DNA from: Eubacteriales bacterium
GTDB lineage: Bacteria > Bacillota > Clostridia > Oscillospirales > CAG-272
Length of the DNA: 36,851 nucleotides
Direction of reading: 5' to 3'
Assembly: GCA_045539485.1 (NCBI GenBank)
Contig: JAZQFL010000057.1
Coordinates: 1-36,851 of the forward strand
Shown one piece after another: positions 8,033 through 16,128 of the stretch (positions are counted from its first letter, which is position 1; every line of letters begins with the position of its first letter). Position numbers and translations under genes: made by a program. The notes below the pieces were generated by a model. It was given only the letters and a program-made list of their open reading frames with translations, was not told where the DNA came from and did not search any database.

Positions 8033-9997
8033 ATGCTTTCTATCAATGCTCACAATCTTGCGTTTCATATTGCAGAGGACGCAACCGATGCGTTTTTTAC
8101 TGCTGAAGGCGCTTCCGGTGTCAGAGGCTCCGATTTCTGGCGTCTGATACTTGATGACGGTCTGCGTACCGAAATTCCCGTATTCTCCTCCAAGCAGCAG
8201 GGAACTGCCGCTATGTGCGGCGATAAGCTTGTTGTTAAATACGATGAGGTCGTATCCGAATACGGCGATAAGTATGATGTTAAGCTCACCGTTACAGTAT
8301 GGGAGCAGGACGGACATCTTTACTTCGTTCCCGAGCTTGATAACGGAAGCGATGCAAGAGTAAACGAGTGCTTCTGCCCGCTTGCGGATTTTGATTCTCT
8401 CGGCGGCGAAAAGAAGGAGGATACCTTCTATCTTCCCTACGGCCTCGGCACAAGAGTATATAACCCCTGGCAGGCAATGGTCAATATGACCACCAACTAT
8501 TATTATCACAACGAGTTTGAGGTGTTCTGGCATCAGCACTATCCCCGTGCTACCATGGGCTGGTTCGGTGTACAGAGCGGTGACCACTTCCTTTACGTAG
8601 GCCGCCACGACCCCGAGCACCGTCATTGCTTTATGACTATGCGCCAGCGCATCCACGCTAAACCCACCAATCTTATGTTCGGTATCGACCATTTCCCCAT
8701 GGCACGCCCCGGTGAAAAGCTTCTTATGCCTCCCACGGTGCTTGCGTTCCTTGACGGCGACTGGAGAAAGGGTGCAGACCTCTACCGCGCATACGCGGAA
8801 AAGACCTTCTACCGCGTGCCCGAAAAGGCAGAGTGGGTCAAGTATATGTCCGGCTGGCAGCGCCTTATCATGCGTTCCCAGTACGGCGAGGATTACTTTA
8901 CTGCAGACGACCTGCCCGAGCTTTACAAGATCGGCGCAAAGTACGGCATACACACCCTCTTCCTCTTTGCTTGGTGGAAGCAGGGAATGGACAGAAACTA
9001 TCCCATCTACGAGGAGCCGTACGAGGGAGCTTGGAAGGACCTTACCGAGAACATCAAAAAGGTTCAGGAGCTCGGCGGACGTGTTATCCTTGAGTGCAAC
9101 TGCCACTTTATGGATCCCCAGGTCGATTACTACAAGGAGCACGGCGAATACATAAGAATGCTCAACATAAACGGCGACGAGATCCGTCCCGCATTCGTAT
9201 ATCCCGGCTACGGCGAGGTCCGCGCTACCTACGGCGCAAAGCAGTTTGCGCTCTGCTGCTCCGCTACGAAGATGTGGCGCGATCAGGTTCTTTCTCAGAT
9301 CAAGCTTATGGATGAGCTCGGCGCTGACTGTACATTTGCAGACTGCTACGCAGGATGCCCCTATCAGCTCTGCTTTAACGATAAGCACGAGCACGGCAAC
9401 CGCGTAGACGAGGACTGGAAGTACCACAAGATGTTCTTTGAAGAGGCAGAGGCTTACTGCCGCTCCAAGGGCAAGGTGCTTGCAGCTGAGGTCGTTACCG
9501 ACGTTGCCGCTTCCTATAACCAGTTCATCCACGGCCTTGTAAACGTAGACTTCAAGATCAAGGGCGATAACTTCCCCGAGATGTTCCGTTACACCTTCCC
9601 CGAGGTCATCACCACCGAGCGCGGTATCCGCGATGAAGAGGGCGATTTCGCAAGACGTTTGCGCTGCTCTCTCGTTTACGGTCTCCGTGTCGATGCAGAG
9701 CTTTACGTTTGCCGTACTCATCTTGACAGCGCTCCCCTTTATGCGGCGGCTGTTAAGGAGTATACCGATACGATGATGAAGTACAAGGAATTTATGTATG
9801 AGGGTACCTTCACCGTTATAAACAACGAGCGTCTGCCCAAGTACGTGCGCCGCGGCGAGTACATCAGTGCAGACGGTACCAAGGTGCTTTGCATTACCTA
9901 TAACCCCCTTGACCATGAGGTACCGATCGGAGATAAGACTCTCGGCGCCGATGAGATGACCTTCGAGATATTTGACAGAGATACCTACTGCAAATAA
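8033..9997 (+). CDS. Cytoplasmic glycoside-hydrolase-like protein of uncharacterised family (possibly DUF6259-like TIM barrel)
   Basis: 654 aa with no signal peptide. Rich in W/Y/F/D/E as in glycosidases (GIHTLFLFAWWKQGMDRNYPIYE). A Cys/His-rich segment spans 9095-9397 (CNCH, CC, CTFADCYAGCPYQLCFNDKHEHG). The coding call is firm. The function is a guess from composition and operon context. Confidence 0.5.
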   Translation: MLSINAHNLAFHIAEDATDAFFTAEGASGVRGSDFWRLILDDGLRTEIPVFSSKQQGTAAMCGDKLVVKYDEVVSEYGDKYDVKLTVTVWEQDGHLYFVPELDNGSDARVNECFCPLADFDSLGGEKKEDTFYLPYGLGTRVYNPWQAMVNMTTNYYYHNEFEVFWHQHYPRATMGWFGVQSGDHFLYVGRHDPEHRHCFMTMRQRIHAKPTNLMFGIDHFPMARPGEKLLMPPTVLAFLDGDWRKGADLYRAYAEKTFYRVPEKAEWVKYMSGWQRLIMRSQYGEDYFTADDLPELYKIGAKYGIHTLFLFAWWKQGMDRNYPIYEEPYEGAWKDLTENIKKVQELGGRVILECNCHFMDPQVDYYKEHGEYIRMLNINGDEIRPAFVYPGYGEVRATYGAKQFALCCSATKMWRDQVLSQIKLMDELGADCTFADCYAGCPYQLCFNDKHEHGNRVDEDWKYHKMFFEEAEAYCRSKGKVLAAEVVTDVAASYNQFIHGLVNVDFKIKGDNFPEMFRYTFPEVITTERGIRDEEGDFARRLRCSLVYGLRVDAELYVCRTHLDSAPLYAAAVKEYTDTMMKYKEFMYEGTFTVINNERLPKYVRRGEYISADGTKVLCITYNPLDHEVPIGDKTLGADEMTFEIFDRDTYCK

Positions 9998-10026
9998 TTT
10001 TTTCAAAAAATCAAAGGAGAAAAAAC

Positions 10027-11517
10027 ATGAAACCCATTCTTTGTCTTATCCTTGCGGCAATGATGCTTCTTTCCATCGTTGCATGCGGCGGGAAAACACC
10101 CGCCCAGACCGATGCTCCCTCCACTGACCCTTCAACTCCCTCCGGCTCCGGTGAGGTAACTACCGAGGCGGTAACCACCGAAGACCCCAACAAGCTCCCC
10201 GATTACATCCCCACCGATAAGTATGACGGACACGAGTTCGTTGTACTTATGACCAATCTCAACCCCGATGCGGTGATAGTCCGCGACTTTAACTGGACCG
10301 AGGGCGGTACGGTTCTTGACGATGCTCTTTATAAGAGAAATATGGGAGCTATGGAAGCGCTTGACATTACCATTACCGGTATTGAAAAGTACAGCTCCTC
10401 CAACACCGGTGTTGCCGACGTAAGAAAGGCTAACACCGCAGGCGACTCCTCCTACGATATGTGCATCATCTCCACCTACGATGCAGGTAAGCTTGCCCTT
10501 TCCAAGGACCTTGTAAACCTCCGCGATTACGGTGTTATCGATCTCGATCAGGCTTGGTGGGATCAGAACATCAACCGCGACCTTACCGTAAACGATAAGC
10601 TTTACTTCACCACAGGTGATATCAGCCTTGTTGCTACTCAGGCAATGTACAATATTGTATTCAACAAGGATCTTTACAGAGAAAAGTTCGGCGAGACTTC
10701 CCAGCTTTACACCCTTGTAAAGGAAGGCAAGTGGACCTTCGACAAGATGAAGGAATTGGTAATTCAGGTTTCCGAGGACCTTGACGGTAACGAGATCATG
10801 GACTCCAACGACCTTTACGGAATGGTATACATCCACTCCTCCGTAATTGCCGCTCTCGGTATGTCCGGTGAGAGAATGGCAAGAGTTGACGATAACGGCG
10901 ACGTTGTTATAACCCTCGGCACCGAGCGCGCAGAGAGCGCCATCGTAAACTTTATCGAGCTTACCCTCGACAAGCAGCACGTATACAACGGCCAGACAGG
11001 TACCGGCGGACTTACCGCTGTACAGATGTTCAGCGAAGGCCACTGCCTCTTCAGATGGATAGAGCACATCGGCTTCCCGCACTTCCGCGATACCGAGCTT
11101 GATTACGGTATTCTTCCCCTTCCCAAGACCGAGGATACTCAGGATAGATACTACACTCCCTTCGGCGGCTGGGATGCTGCATTCGTTTGTATCCCCACTC
11201 AGACCGAGAACGTTGAGCGTACCTCCGCTATCATCGAGTACCTTGCATTCACATCCAAGCAGATCGTTACCCCCGCATACTACGAAAAGACCCTCACCGG
11301 CCGCTACGTACGCGATGACGAGAGCTACGATATGATCACTCTTGAGATGGAGAACCGCGGCTTCGATATCGGTTACATCTACAATATCGGTAATATGAAG
11401 AACGCAGTAGAGAACCTCTCCAAGGGCTACTCCACCGCATTCTCCTCCATGTGGGCTGCATACAAGAACTCCGCAACCAGACAGTGCACCACCGTTAACA
11501 AGACTCTTCATGAGTAA
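10027..11517 (+). CDS. Solute-binding-protein-like lipoprotein, paralogue 2
   Basis: 496 aa with an AAGGAG RBS. Lipobox SIVAC and a T/P/S linker (10084-10191). Shared motifs: EGKWTFD, YGILPLPK, WWDQNIN, YFTTGDISL. Confidence 0.7.
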   Translation: MKPILCLILAAMMLLSIVACGGKTPAQTDAPSTDPSTPSGSGEVTTEAVTTEDPNKLPDYIPTDKYDGHEFVVLMTNLNPDAVIVRDFNWTEGGTVLDDALYKRNMGAMEALDITITGIEKYSSSNTGVADVRKANTAGDSSYDMCIISTYDAGKLALSKDLVNLRDYGVIDLDQAWWDQNINRDLTVNDKLYFTTGDISLVATQAMYNIVFNKDLYREKFGETSQLYTLVKEGKWTFDKMKELVIQVSEDLDGNEIMDSNDLYGMVYIHSSVIAALGMSGERMARVDDNGDVVITLGTERAESAIVNFIELTLDKQHVYNGQTGTGGLTAVQMFSEGHCLFRWIEHIGFPHFRDTELDYGILPLPKTEDTQDRYYTPFGGWDAAFVCIPTQTENVERTSAIIEYLAFTSKQIVTPAYYEKTLTGRYVRDDESYDMITLEMENRGFDIGYIYNIGNMKNAVENLSKGYSTAFSSMWAAYKNSATRQCTTVNKTLHE

Positions 11518-11525
11518 TTTTAAAA

Positions 11526-11578
11526 AATGAAAAAGAAGGATCAAATGCGATTTGCGCATTTGAGCCTGCTTTTTCATT
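11526..11578. terminator. Compound hairpin between convergent genes (bidirectional terminator)
   Basis: The outer stem is aatgaaaaag (11526-11535) with ctttttcatt (11569-11578). The inner stem is caaatgcg (11542-11549) with cgcatttg (11555-11562). Confidence 0.55.
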
Positions 11579-12132
11579 CATTTAGTTTCGTCAAGCTTTG
11601 CTTTTATCTGCTTCATGTCATCAAGCATATCCGCTTTTTTCCGAGGGTCGCGGAGGAGGGCGGAGGGGTGGTAGACGGAGGTGATGGGGCGGCCGCGCTT
11701 TTCAAACCATATACCGTGCTGTTTCGTTATCATAAAATTTTCGGAAATGAGGCGCTTTGCGGAAATTCTGCCGAGGCAGACAATTATTTTGGGATCTATA
11801 AGCTCTATCTGCTTATAGAGATGCTCAATGCACGCATCCTCCTCTGCGGGCAGAGGGTCGCGGTTGCGCGGCGGACGGCATTTGAGGATATTTGCGATAT
11901 AAACGCTCTCGCGCGGGAGATCTACGGCAAACAGATACCTGTCAAAAAGCTGACCCGCCGCACCGACAAAGGGCACGCCCGTTTCGTCCTCCTGCTGTCC
12001 GGGTGCCTCTCCTATGAACATAATATCCGCATTTGGGTTGCCCGTACCGAAAACGAGGTTCTTTCGTGTTTCCCACAAGGGGCAGGCGCGGCAAGTGCCG
12101 CATTCCGCTTTCAGTTTTTCAAGCTCTTCCAT
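11578..12132 (-). CDS. Uracil-DNA glycosylase, family 4 (Fe-S type)
   Basis: 184 aa with an AGGAGG RBS. Motifs CGTCRACPLWETRKNLVFGTGNPNADIMFIGEAPGQQEDETGVPFVGAAGQLFD. Confidence 0.9.
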   Translation of the reverse strand: MEELEKLKAECGTCRACPLWETRKNLVFGTGNPNADIMFIGEAPGQQEDETGVPFVGAAGQLFDRYLFAVDLPRESVYIANILKCRPPRNRDPLPAEEDACIEHLYKQIELIDPKIIVCLGRISAKRLISENFMITKQHGIWFEKRGRPITSVYHPSALLRDPRKKADMLDDMKQIKAKLDETK

Positions 12133-12159
12133 ATACGCCTCCTGTGAACAGTTTGTAAC

Positions 12160-12188
12160 ATTTTATCACATGGCGCGAAATATGTCAA
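12160..12188 (-). promoter_or_regulatory. Sigma-A promoter (extended -10) for the UDG gene
   Basis: The minus strand reads TTGACA (12188-12183), a 17-nt spacer ending in TGa, then TAAAAT (12165-12160). Confidence 0.6.
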
Positions 12189-12195
12189 ACTCTGC

Positions 12196-12224
12196 TTGAA
12201 AATAAACGTGGGTTATGTTAAAAT
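12196..12224 (+). promoter_or_regulatory. Sigma-A promoter (extended -10) for the nuclease/ATPase operon
   Basis: TTGAAA (12196-12201), a 17-nt spacer ending in TGt, then TAAAAT (12219-12224). It lies back to back with the UDG promoter, with the two -35 boxes 7 nt apart. Confidence 0.6.
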
Positions 12225-12254
12225 CAACGTGTAGAGAAAATGGGAGGAAAACCT

Positions 12255-13382
12255 ATGAAAGATAGAAAACTGAGGATATTCCACACGGCGGATATCCATC
12301 TTGATACCCCCTTTTCGCGCCTTGACCTCCGACGGGGTGAGGCAAGACGCAACGACCTGCGCGCTACCTTTACGGCAATGATGCTCTACGTGCGCCGTAT
12401 GGAGGCGGATATAGCTCTTCTTGCGGGTGACCTTTTCGATGACGGCTCTGCAACAAAGGAGACCGTTGAACTGATGATACGCGAATTTGAGGGTGCAAAG
12501 AACTGCAAGTTCATCATTGCGCCCGGTAATCACGACCCTATAAGTGCGGGCTCTGTTTACGCATCGAAAAAGTTCCCCGATAACGTTTATATATTCAAGG
12601 ACAGCAAGCTGTCGAGATTCGAGTTCCCCGACTTGGGGTGCGACGTTTACGGCTGGGCATTCACTTCGCCCGCATTGACGGAAAATCCCCTCACGGGTGC
12701 GGAGCTTGAGCAGAACGGCAGAACCAAGCTTTTGTGCGCTCATTGCGATACCACTTCCCCTATATCGCGCTACTGCCCCGTAAGCGAGGGCGACATCGTG
12801 CGCGCGGGCTTTGATTATGCCGCGCTCGGCCACATCCACAAAAAAGGCGAGATAAAGCGCGTTGATAACACCGTTTACGGATACAGCGGAGCGCCCGAGG
12901 GCAGAAGCTTTGACGAATGCGGCGTGCTCGGTGCTTACATAACCGACATAGGCTATAACGGCGAGTATGAGATCAGCTTTGTTCCGTTCTCGCGCCGCCG
13001 CTATGAGATAGCGGAATGCGATCTTACGGGCTGTCTTACCCGCGAGGCGGCAGAGGAGAAGGTGAATGCGCTTGTTGCCGCAAATAAGTACGGCACAGAT
13101 ACCGTGCTCCGCTTGGTGCTCACAGGCTCCGTTGCGCCGGACGTGCGCTTTGACGGCTTCCCCGCGGTTGCGGCAAAGCTGTTTGACTTGGAGATAAAGG
13201 ACAAAACAAGCCCCACCTTTGACGGTGAGAGGCTTGAGCGGGATATAACCATACGCGGCGCTCTTTACCGCACGCTTCTGCCCGAGCTTAATTCTGCCGA
13301 TGAGGAGACGCGTGCGATAGCAGCAGAAGCGTTGAGATACGGGTTAGCTGTATTAGACGGGGCGCTACCGGGCGGATTTTAA
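12255..13382 (+). CDS. SbcD/Mre11-like metallophosphoesterase DNA-repair exonuclease (YhaO-type)
   Basis: I place the start at the ATG at 12255, after GGGAGG (12242-12247). Motifs: FHTADIHLD, AGDLFDD, APGNHDP, ALGHIHK. Confidence 0.8.
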   Translation: MKDRKLRIFHTADIHLDTPFSRLDLRRGEARRNDLRATFTAMMLYVRRMEADIALLAGDLFDDGSATKETVELMIREFEGAKNCKFIIAPGNHDPISAGSVYASKKFPDNVYIFKDSKLSRFEFPDLGCDVYGWAFTSPALTENPLTGAELEQNGRTKLLCAHCDTTSPISRYCPVSEGDIVRAGFDYAALGHIHKKGEIKRVDNTVYGYSGAPEGRSFDECGVLGAYITDIGYNGEYEISFVPFSRRRYEIAECDLTGCLTREAAEEKVNALVAANKYGTDTVLRLVLTGSVAPDVRFDGFPAVAAKLFDLEIKDKTSPTFDGERLERDITIRGALYRTLLPELNSADEETRAIAAEALRYGLAVLDGALPGGF

Positions 13383-13436
13383 AAGCATATCATAATTTGG
13401 TTGGCGGATGATATCCGCCACTACAGGGGTATGAAT

Positions 13437-15719
13437 ATGATAATAGAAAAATTACACATAGACAAGTTCGCGGGGCTTTCGGACTTTAACGTGGAGCTTG
13501 GCGCGGGACTTAACATAATAGAGGGAAAAAACGAAAGCGGAAAGAGCACCATCGCCGCGTTTATCAAATTCCTTTTCTACGGTCTTTCGGGTCAGAAGGT
13601 GAACGGCGAGGAGCTTTCCGAGAGGGAGAGATACCTGCCCTTTGATTCCGCCTTTGCGGGCGGAAGCGCAGTTATACTCAGCGGCGGAAAGCGCTACGTT
13701 CTGGAGCGCCGTCTTTCCGTTTCGAGCAGCGGTATACGCGAATCGGTGCGCGATGAGGTCATACTTATCGACGAGGAGAGCGGGGAAAAGGTTGCTATAG
13801 GCAAGGATGCGGGTCAGGTGCTTTTCGGTGTTACCGCCAAGGTATTTACCGACACGGCATATTTCCGCCAGCTTGCAGATTCCGCACCGAACAGAACCGA
13901 GCTTGCCGAGGCTATCGGCAATATTCTGTTCTCGGGCGAAGAGGGCACGGATGCGAAAAAGGCGATGAAGCGCCTTGAGGAGCTCCGCACTGCGCTCAGG
14001 CATAAAAAAGGCACGGGCGGAGAGCTTGCAGACCTTGAGGCGGAGATAGCCGCACTCAGGTCAAGGCTTGAAAGCGCCGAGACCTCCAATAAGGCTGTAA
14101 TTGCCCTTGAGGGCGAGATAAGCGAGCGCACATCCAAGCTTGAGATGCTCGTTTCGCGCGCTGAGAACGCAAAAAAACGGGCAGAGGCGGGCTCTATCTG
14201 CCGCAAGCTTGCAATGAGAGAGGAAAAACGCCTTTGCGAACAAAAGGCGGAGGAGATACGCAAGGCACTTGACGAGCTTTCCCCGGGCGGTGTTCTGCCG
14301 TCAAGCGAGAGCATCAGTGCCGCGCGTGTTGCCGCCGCAGAGATACCCGTAAAGGAAAATGCCGTTTTTTCCGCAGAAAAAGAACTCAGAAATATAATCG
14401 GAGAGCTCGATGCTCTTCCGCAATATGATGATATAACCGATGCAGTTGATACTTACGGCGGGGCAGATGCTCTGCGCGCAAGGGTAAGCGCGCTTCTGCG
14501 CGGTGCGCGTGCACGTGTGATCTGGGGACTTGTGTTCCTTATCCCCGGTATTGCCGCGCTTGTTTCGGCATTTATGGGTCTGCTTGCGCCTTATATTACC
14601 GTGCTTTACGGTGCTGGCGCGGGGCTTTGCGCCTTAGGTGTTCTTCTTATCCTGCTTTCTGCGGGTAAGAGGGGTAAGGCCCGCTCGCTTACAGAGCTTT
14701 TTGGGCGCGGATGCTCCTATGAGGATTTCTGCGACGGAATGGACCGCTACGAGCGCGATAACGCTGAGTTCTGCAGACTTGTTGAGAAGAGAAGCGCTTC
14801 AGAGGAAAAGCTTACCCTTGCACGTGCGGAGCTCGATGCCGTAGAGCGCAGTGCCGCCGCACTGCTTACGGAGCTTGGATGTAAGAGCGAGGGAACGTTT
14901 GCGGAGAGACTTAACACAGCAGCCGCTCTTGCGGAAAAGAAGCGTGCGGACGCGGCTGAGCTTGGTGCCGCATATACCGCGGCAAAGGCAGGCGCTGCCG
15001 CCGCGGAACGCGAGATAGGCGGCGAGAGCGACGAGGCGCTTAAAAACCGCCTTGCGGAGCTTGGTGTGGCGGATACGGAGAATATCGATATTGCCGCCGC
15101 GCGCAAGGAAACGGAATTTTACCGCACTCAGGCAGAAATGCAGGAAAAAGAGATATACGCGCGCAAGATCTCCCTTGCGGAGCACAAGGCAAAGAGCGAG
15201 GATCCGTGCGAGATAGCGGGTAAATTAAGCGAGGCCGCAACGGCTTATACGGCAAAAACGAGGCAGTTCAATGCCGTAGTTAAGGCGATAGATGCGCTTG
15301 GAACCGCGGGTCAGAATCTGCGCGGAGGAGTTGCCCCCTTCCTTTCCGAGGGCGCTTGCCGCCGTATGAATGCCGCAACGGGCGGAAAATATGCGGGGCT
15401 CCGCGTGGACGGCGAGCTTTCTGCCGTGTGCATTTCCGAGAACGGCGTGCGTAGTATGGAGCATCTCAGCGCGGGTACAAGGGACCTTGCTTATATCTCC
15501 CTGCGCCTTGCGCTTGTTGACCTGCTTTATAAGCGCGAAAAGCCGCCGCTTGTGTTTGACGAAAGCTTTGCGCATCAGGATAAGGACCGCACCGCGCTTG
15601 CATTGAAGCTCCTTTCCTCCGAGGGGGAGAAGGGCTTGCAGACATTGTTGTTTACATGCCGCAATTATGAGGCACAGAGTGCGGAGGGCGGTAGCTTTAA
15701 GCATATAACTTTGCCTTGA
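13437..15719 (+). CDS. SbcC/Rad50-like AAA ATPase (YhaN-type) with coiled coils and a central pair of TM helices
   Basis: The track start at 13401 is a TTG. The ATG at 13437 follows AGGGG (13424-13428); the ATG at 13431 is also possible. N-terminal Walker A EGKNESGKST. C-terminal signature and Walker B LSAGTRDLAYISLRLALV...PPLVFDESFAHQD. Hydrophobic hairpin VIWGLVFLIPGIAALVSAFMGLLAPYITVLYGAGAGLCALGVLLILLSAG at 14517-14666. Confidence 0.75.
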   Translation: MIIEKLHIDKFAGLSDFNVELGAGLNIIEGKNESGKSTIAAFIKFLFYGLSGQKVNGEELSERERYLPFDSAFAGGSAVILSGGKRYVLERRLSVSSSGIRESVRDEVILIDEESGEKVAIGKDAGQVLFGVTAKVFTDTAYFRQLADSAPNRTELAEAIGNILFSGEEGTDAKKAMKRLEELRTALRHKKGTGGELADLEAEIAALRSRLESAETSNKAVIALEGEISERTSKLEMLVSRAENAKKRAEAGSICRKLAMREEKRLCEQKAEEIRKALDELSPGGVLPSSESISAARVAAAEIPVKENAVFSAEKELRNIIGELDALPQYDDITDAVDTYGGADALRARVSALLRGARARVIWGLVFLIPGIAALVSAFMGLLAPYITVLYGAGAGLCALGVLLILLSAGKRGKARSLTELFGRGCSYEDFCDGMDRYERDNAEFCRLVEKRSASEEKLTLARAELDAVERSAAALLTELGCKSEGTFAERLNTAAALAEKKRADAAELGAAYTAAKAGAAAAEREIGGESDEALKNRLAELGVADTENIDIAAARKETEFYRTQAEMQEKEIYARKISLAEHKAKSEDPCEIAGKLSEAATAYTAKTRQFNAVVKAIDALGTAGQNLRGGVAPFLSEGACRRMNAATGGKYAGLRVDGELSAVCISENGVRSMEHLSAGTRDLAYISLRLALVDLLYKREKPPLVFDESFAHQDKDRTALALKLLSSEGEKGLQTLLFTCRNYEAQSAEGGSFKHITLP

Positions 15720-15762
15720 AAATTCTTCCGTATGCGTCAGAACGCGCGACAGGCACGACCTC

Positions 15763-15846
15763 AGCGTATGAAAATACGCTATCGCCCAACCGTATCTCGT
15801 GCAAGCGAGATAGACGCGACCGAAGGGAGCCGACCGCTTGCGGTCG
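15763..15846 (+). other. Three consecutive tetraloop-capped RNA hairpins in a non-coding gap
   Basis: agcgtat-GAAA-atacgct (15763-15780). tatctcg-tGCAAg-cgagata (15793-15812). cgaccg-CUUG-cggtcg (15831-15846). All stems are perfect. Confidence 0.4.
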
Positions 15847-15931
15847 ATGATGGCACCTATCTTCGTTCTTCGCCTACGAAACAATTTTCGGCGGCAGTAT
15901 GCAATTGGATCAAAAATAAGTTCACATACAA

Positions 15932-15969
15932 AAAATCACGCAAAAATTTTGATTTTTGCGTGATTTTTT
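15932..15969 (+). terminator. Rho-independent terminator (16-bp perfect stem)
   Basis: aaaatcacgcaaaaat (15932-15947) pairs perfectly with atttttgcgtgatttt (15952-15967). The loop is tttg and the T-run extends to 15969. Confidence 0.8.
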
Positions 15970-16128
15970 GCTTTCTTTGTGCTACAATAAAATTGTAGCC
16001 AAGCTACCGTGGGAGTGTATCTCTATGGGTGTTTGCGGCAGCAGCATCCTGCGACGGACGTTCATCTCTCCGCATTATGGGTCGTATCCCAACTGCCGTG
16101 ATGATCGTACCGAAGGGGGTGATAGAAA

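Noticed and set aside
7967-10006. 679-aa ORF antisense to the GH-like gene. Similar cases occur at 10132-11577, 5714-7039, 19406-20500 and 25543-26403.
   Set aside because: These have the same shadow-ORF signature: a monotonous V/L/G/A/K/H composition, no RBS, and exact co-extension with a convincing gene on the other strand.
15225-15998. ORFs of 219 aa (-) and 88 aa (+) in or around the gap between the ATPase gene and veg
   Set aside because: They have no RBS and an Arg/Cys/Ser-rich, nonsense-like composition. The minus-strand ORF mostly overlaps the 3' end of the ATPase gene. I treat the region as non-coding structured RNA instead.
16109-16119. ACCGAAGGGGG just upstream of veg, and CCGAAGGGAG at about 15820, resemble the glycine-riboswitch core CCGAAGG(G/A)GCAA
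   Set aside because: There is no GGAGAG 5' element and no CUCAGGCAA-type 3' element. The two copies are about 290 nt apart. The first is simply the veg ribosome-binding site, and veg is not a glycine-metabolism gene.
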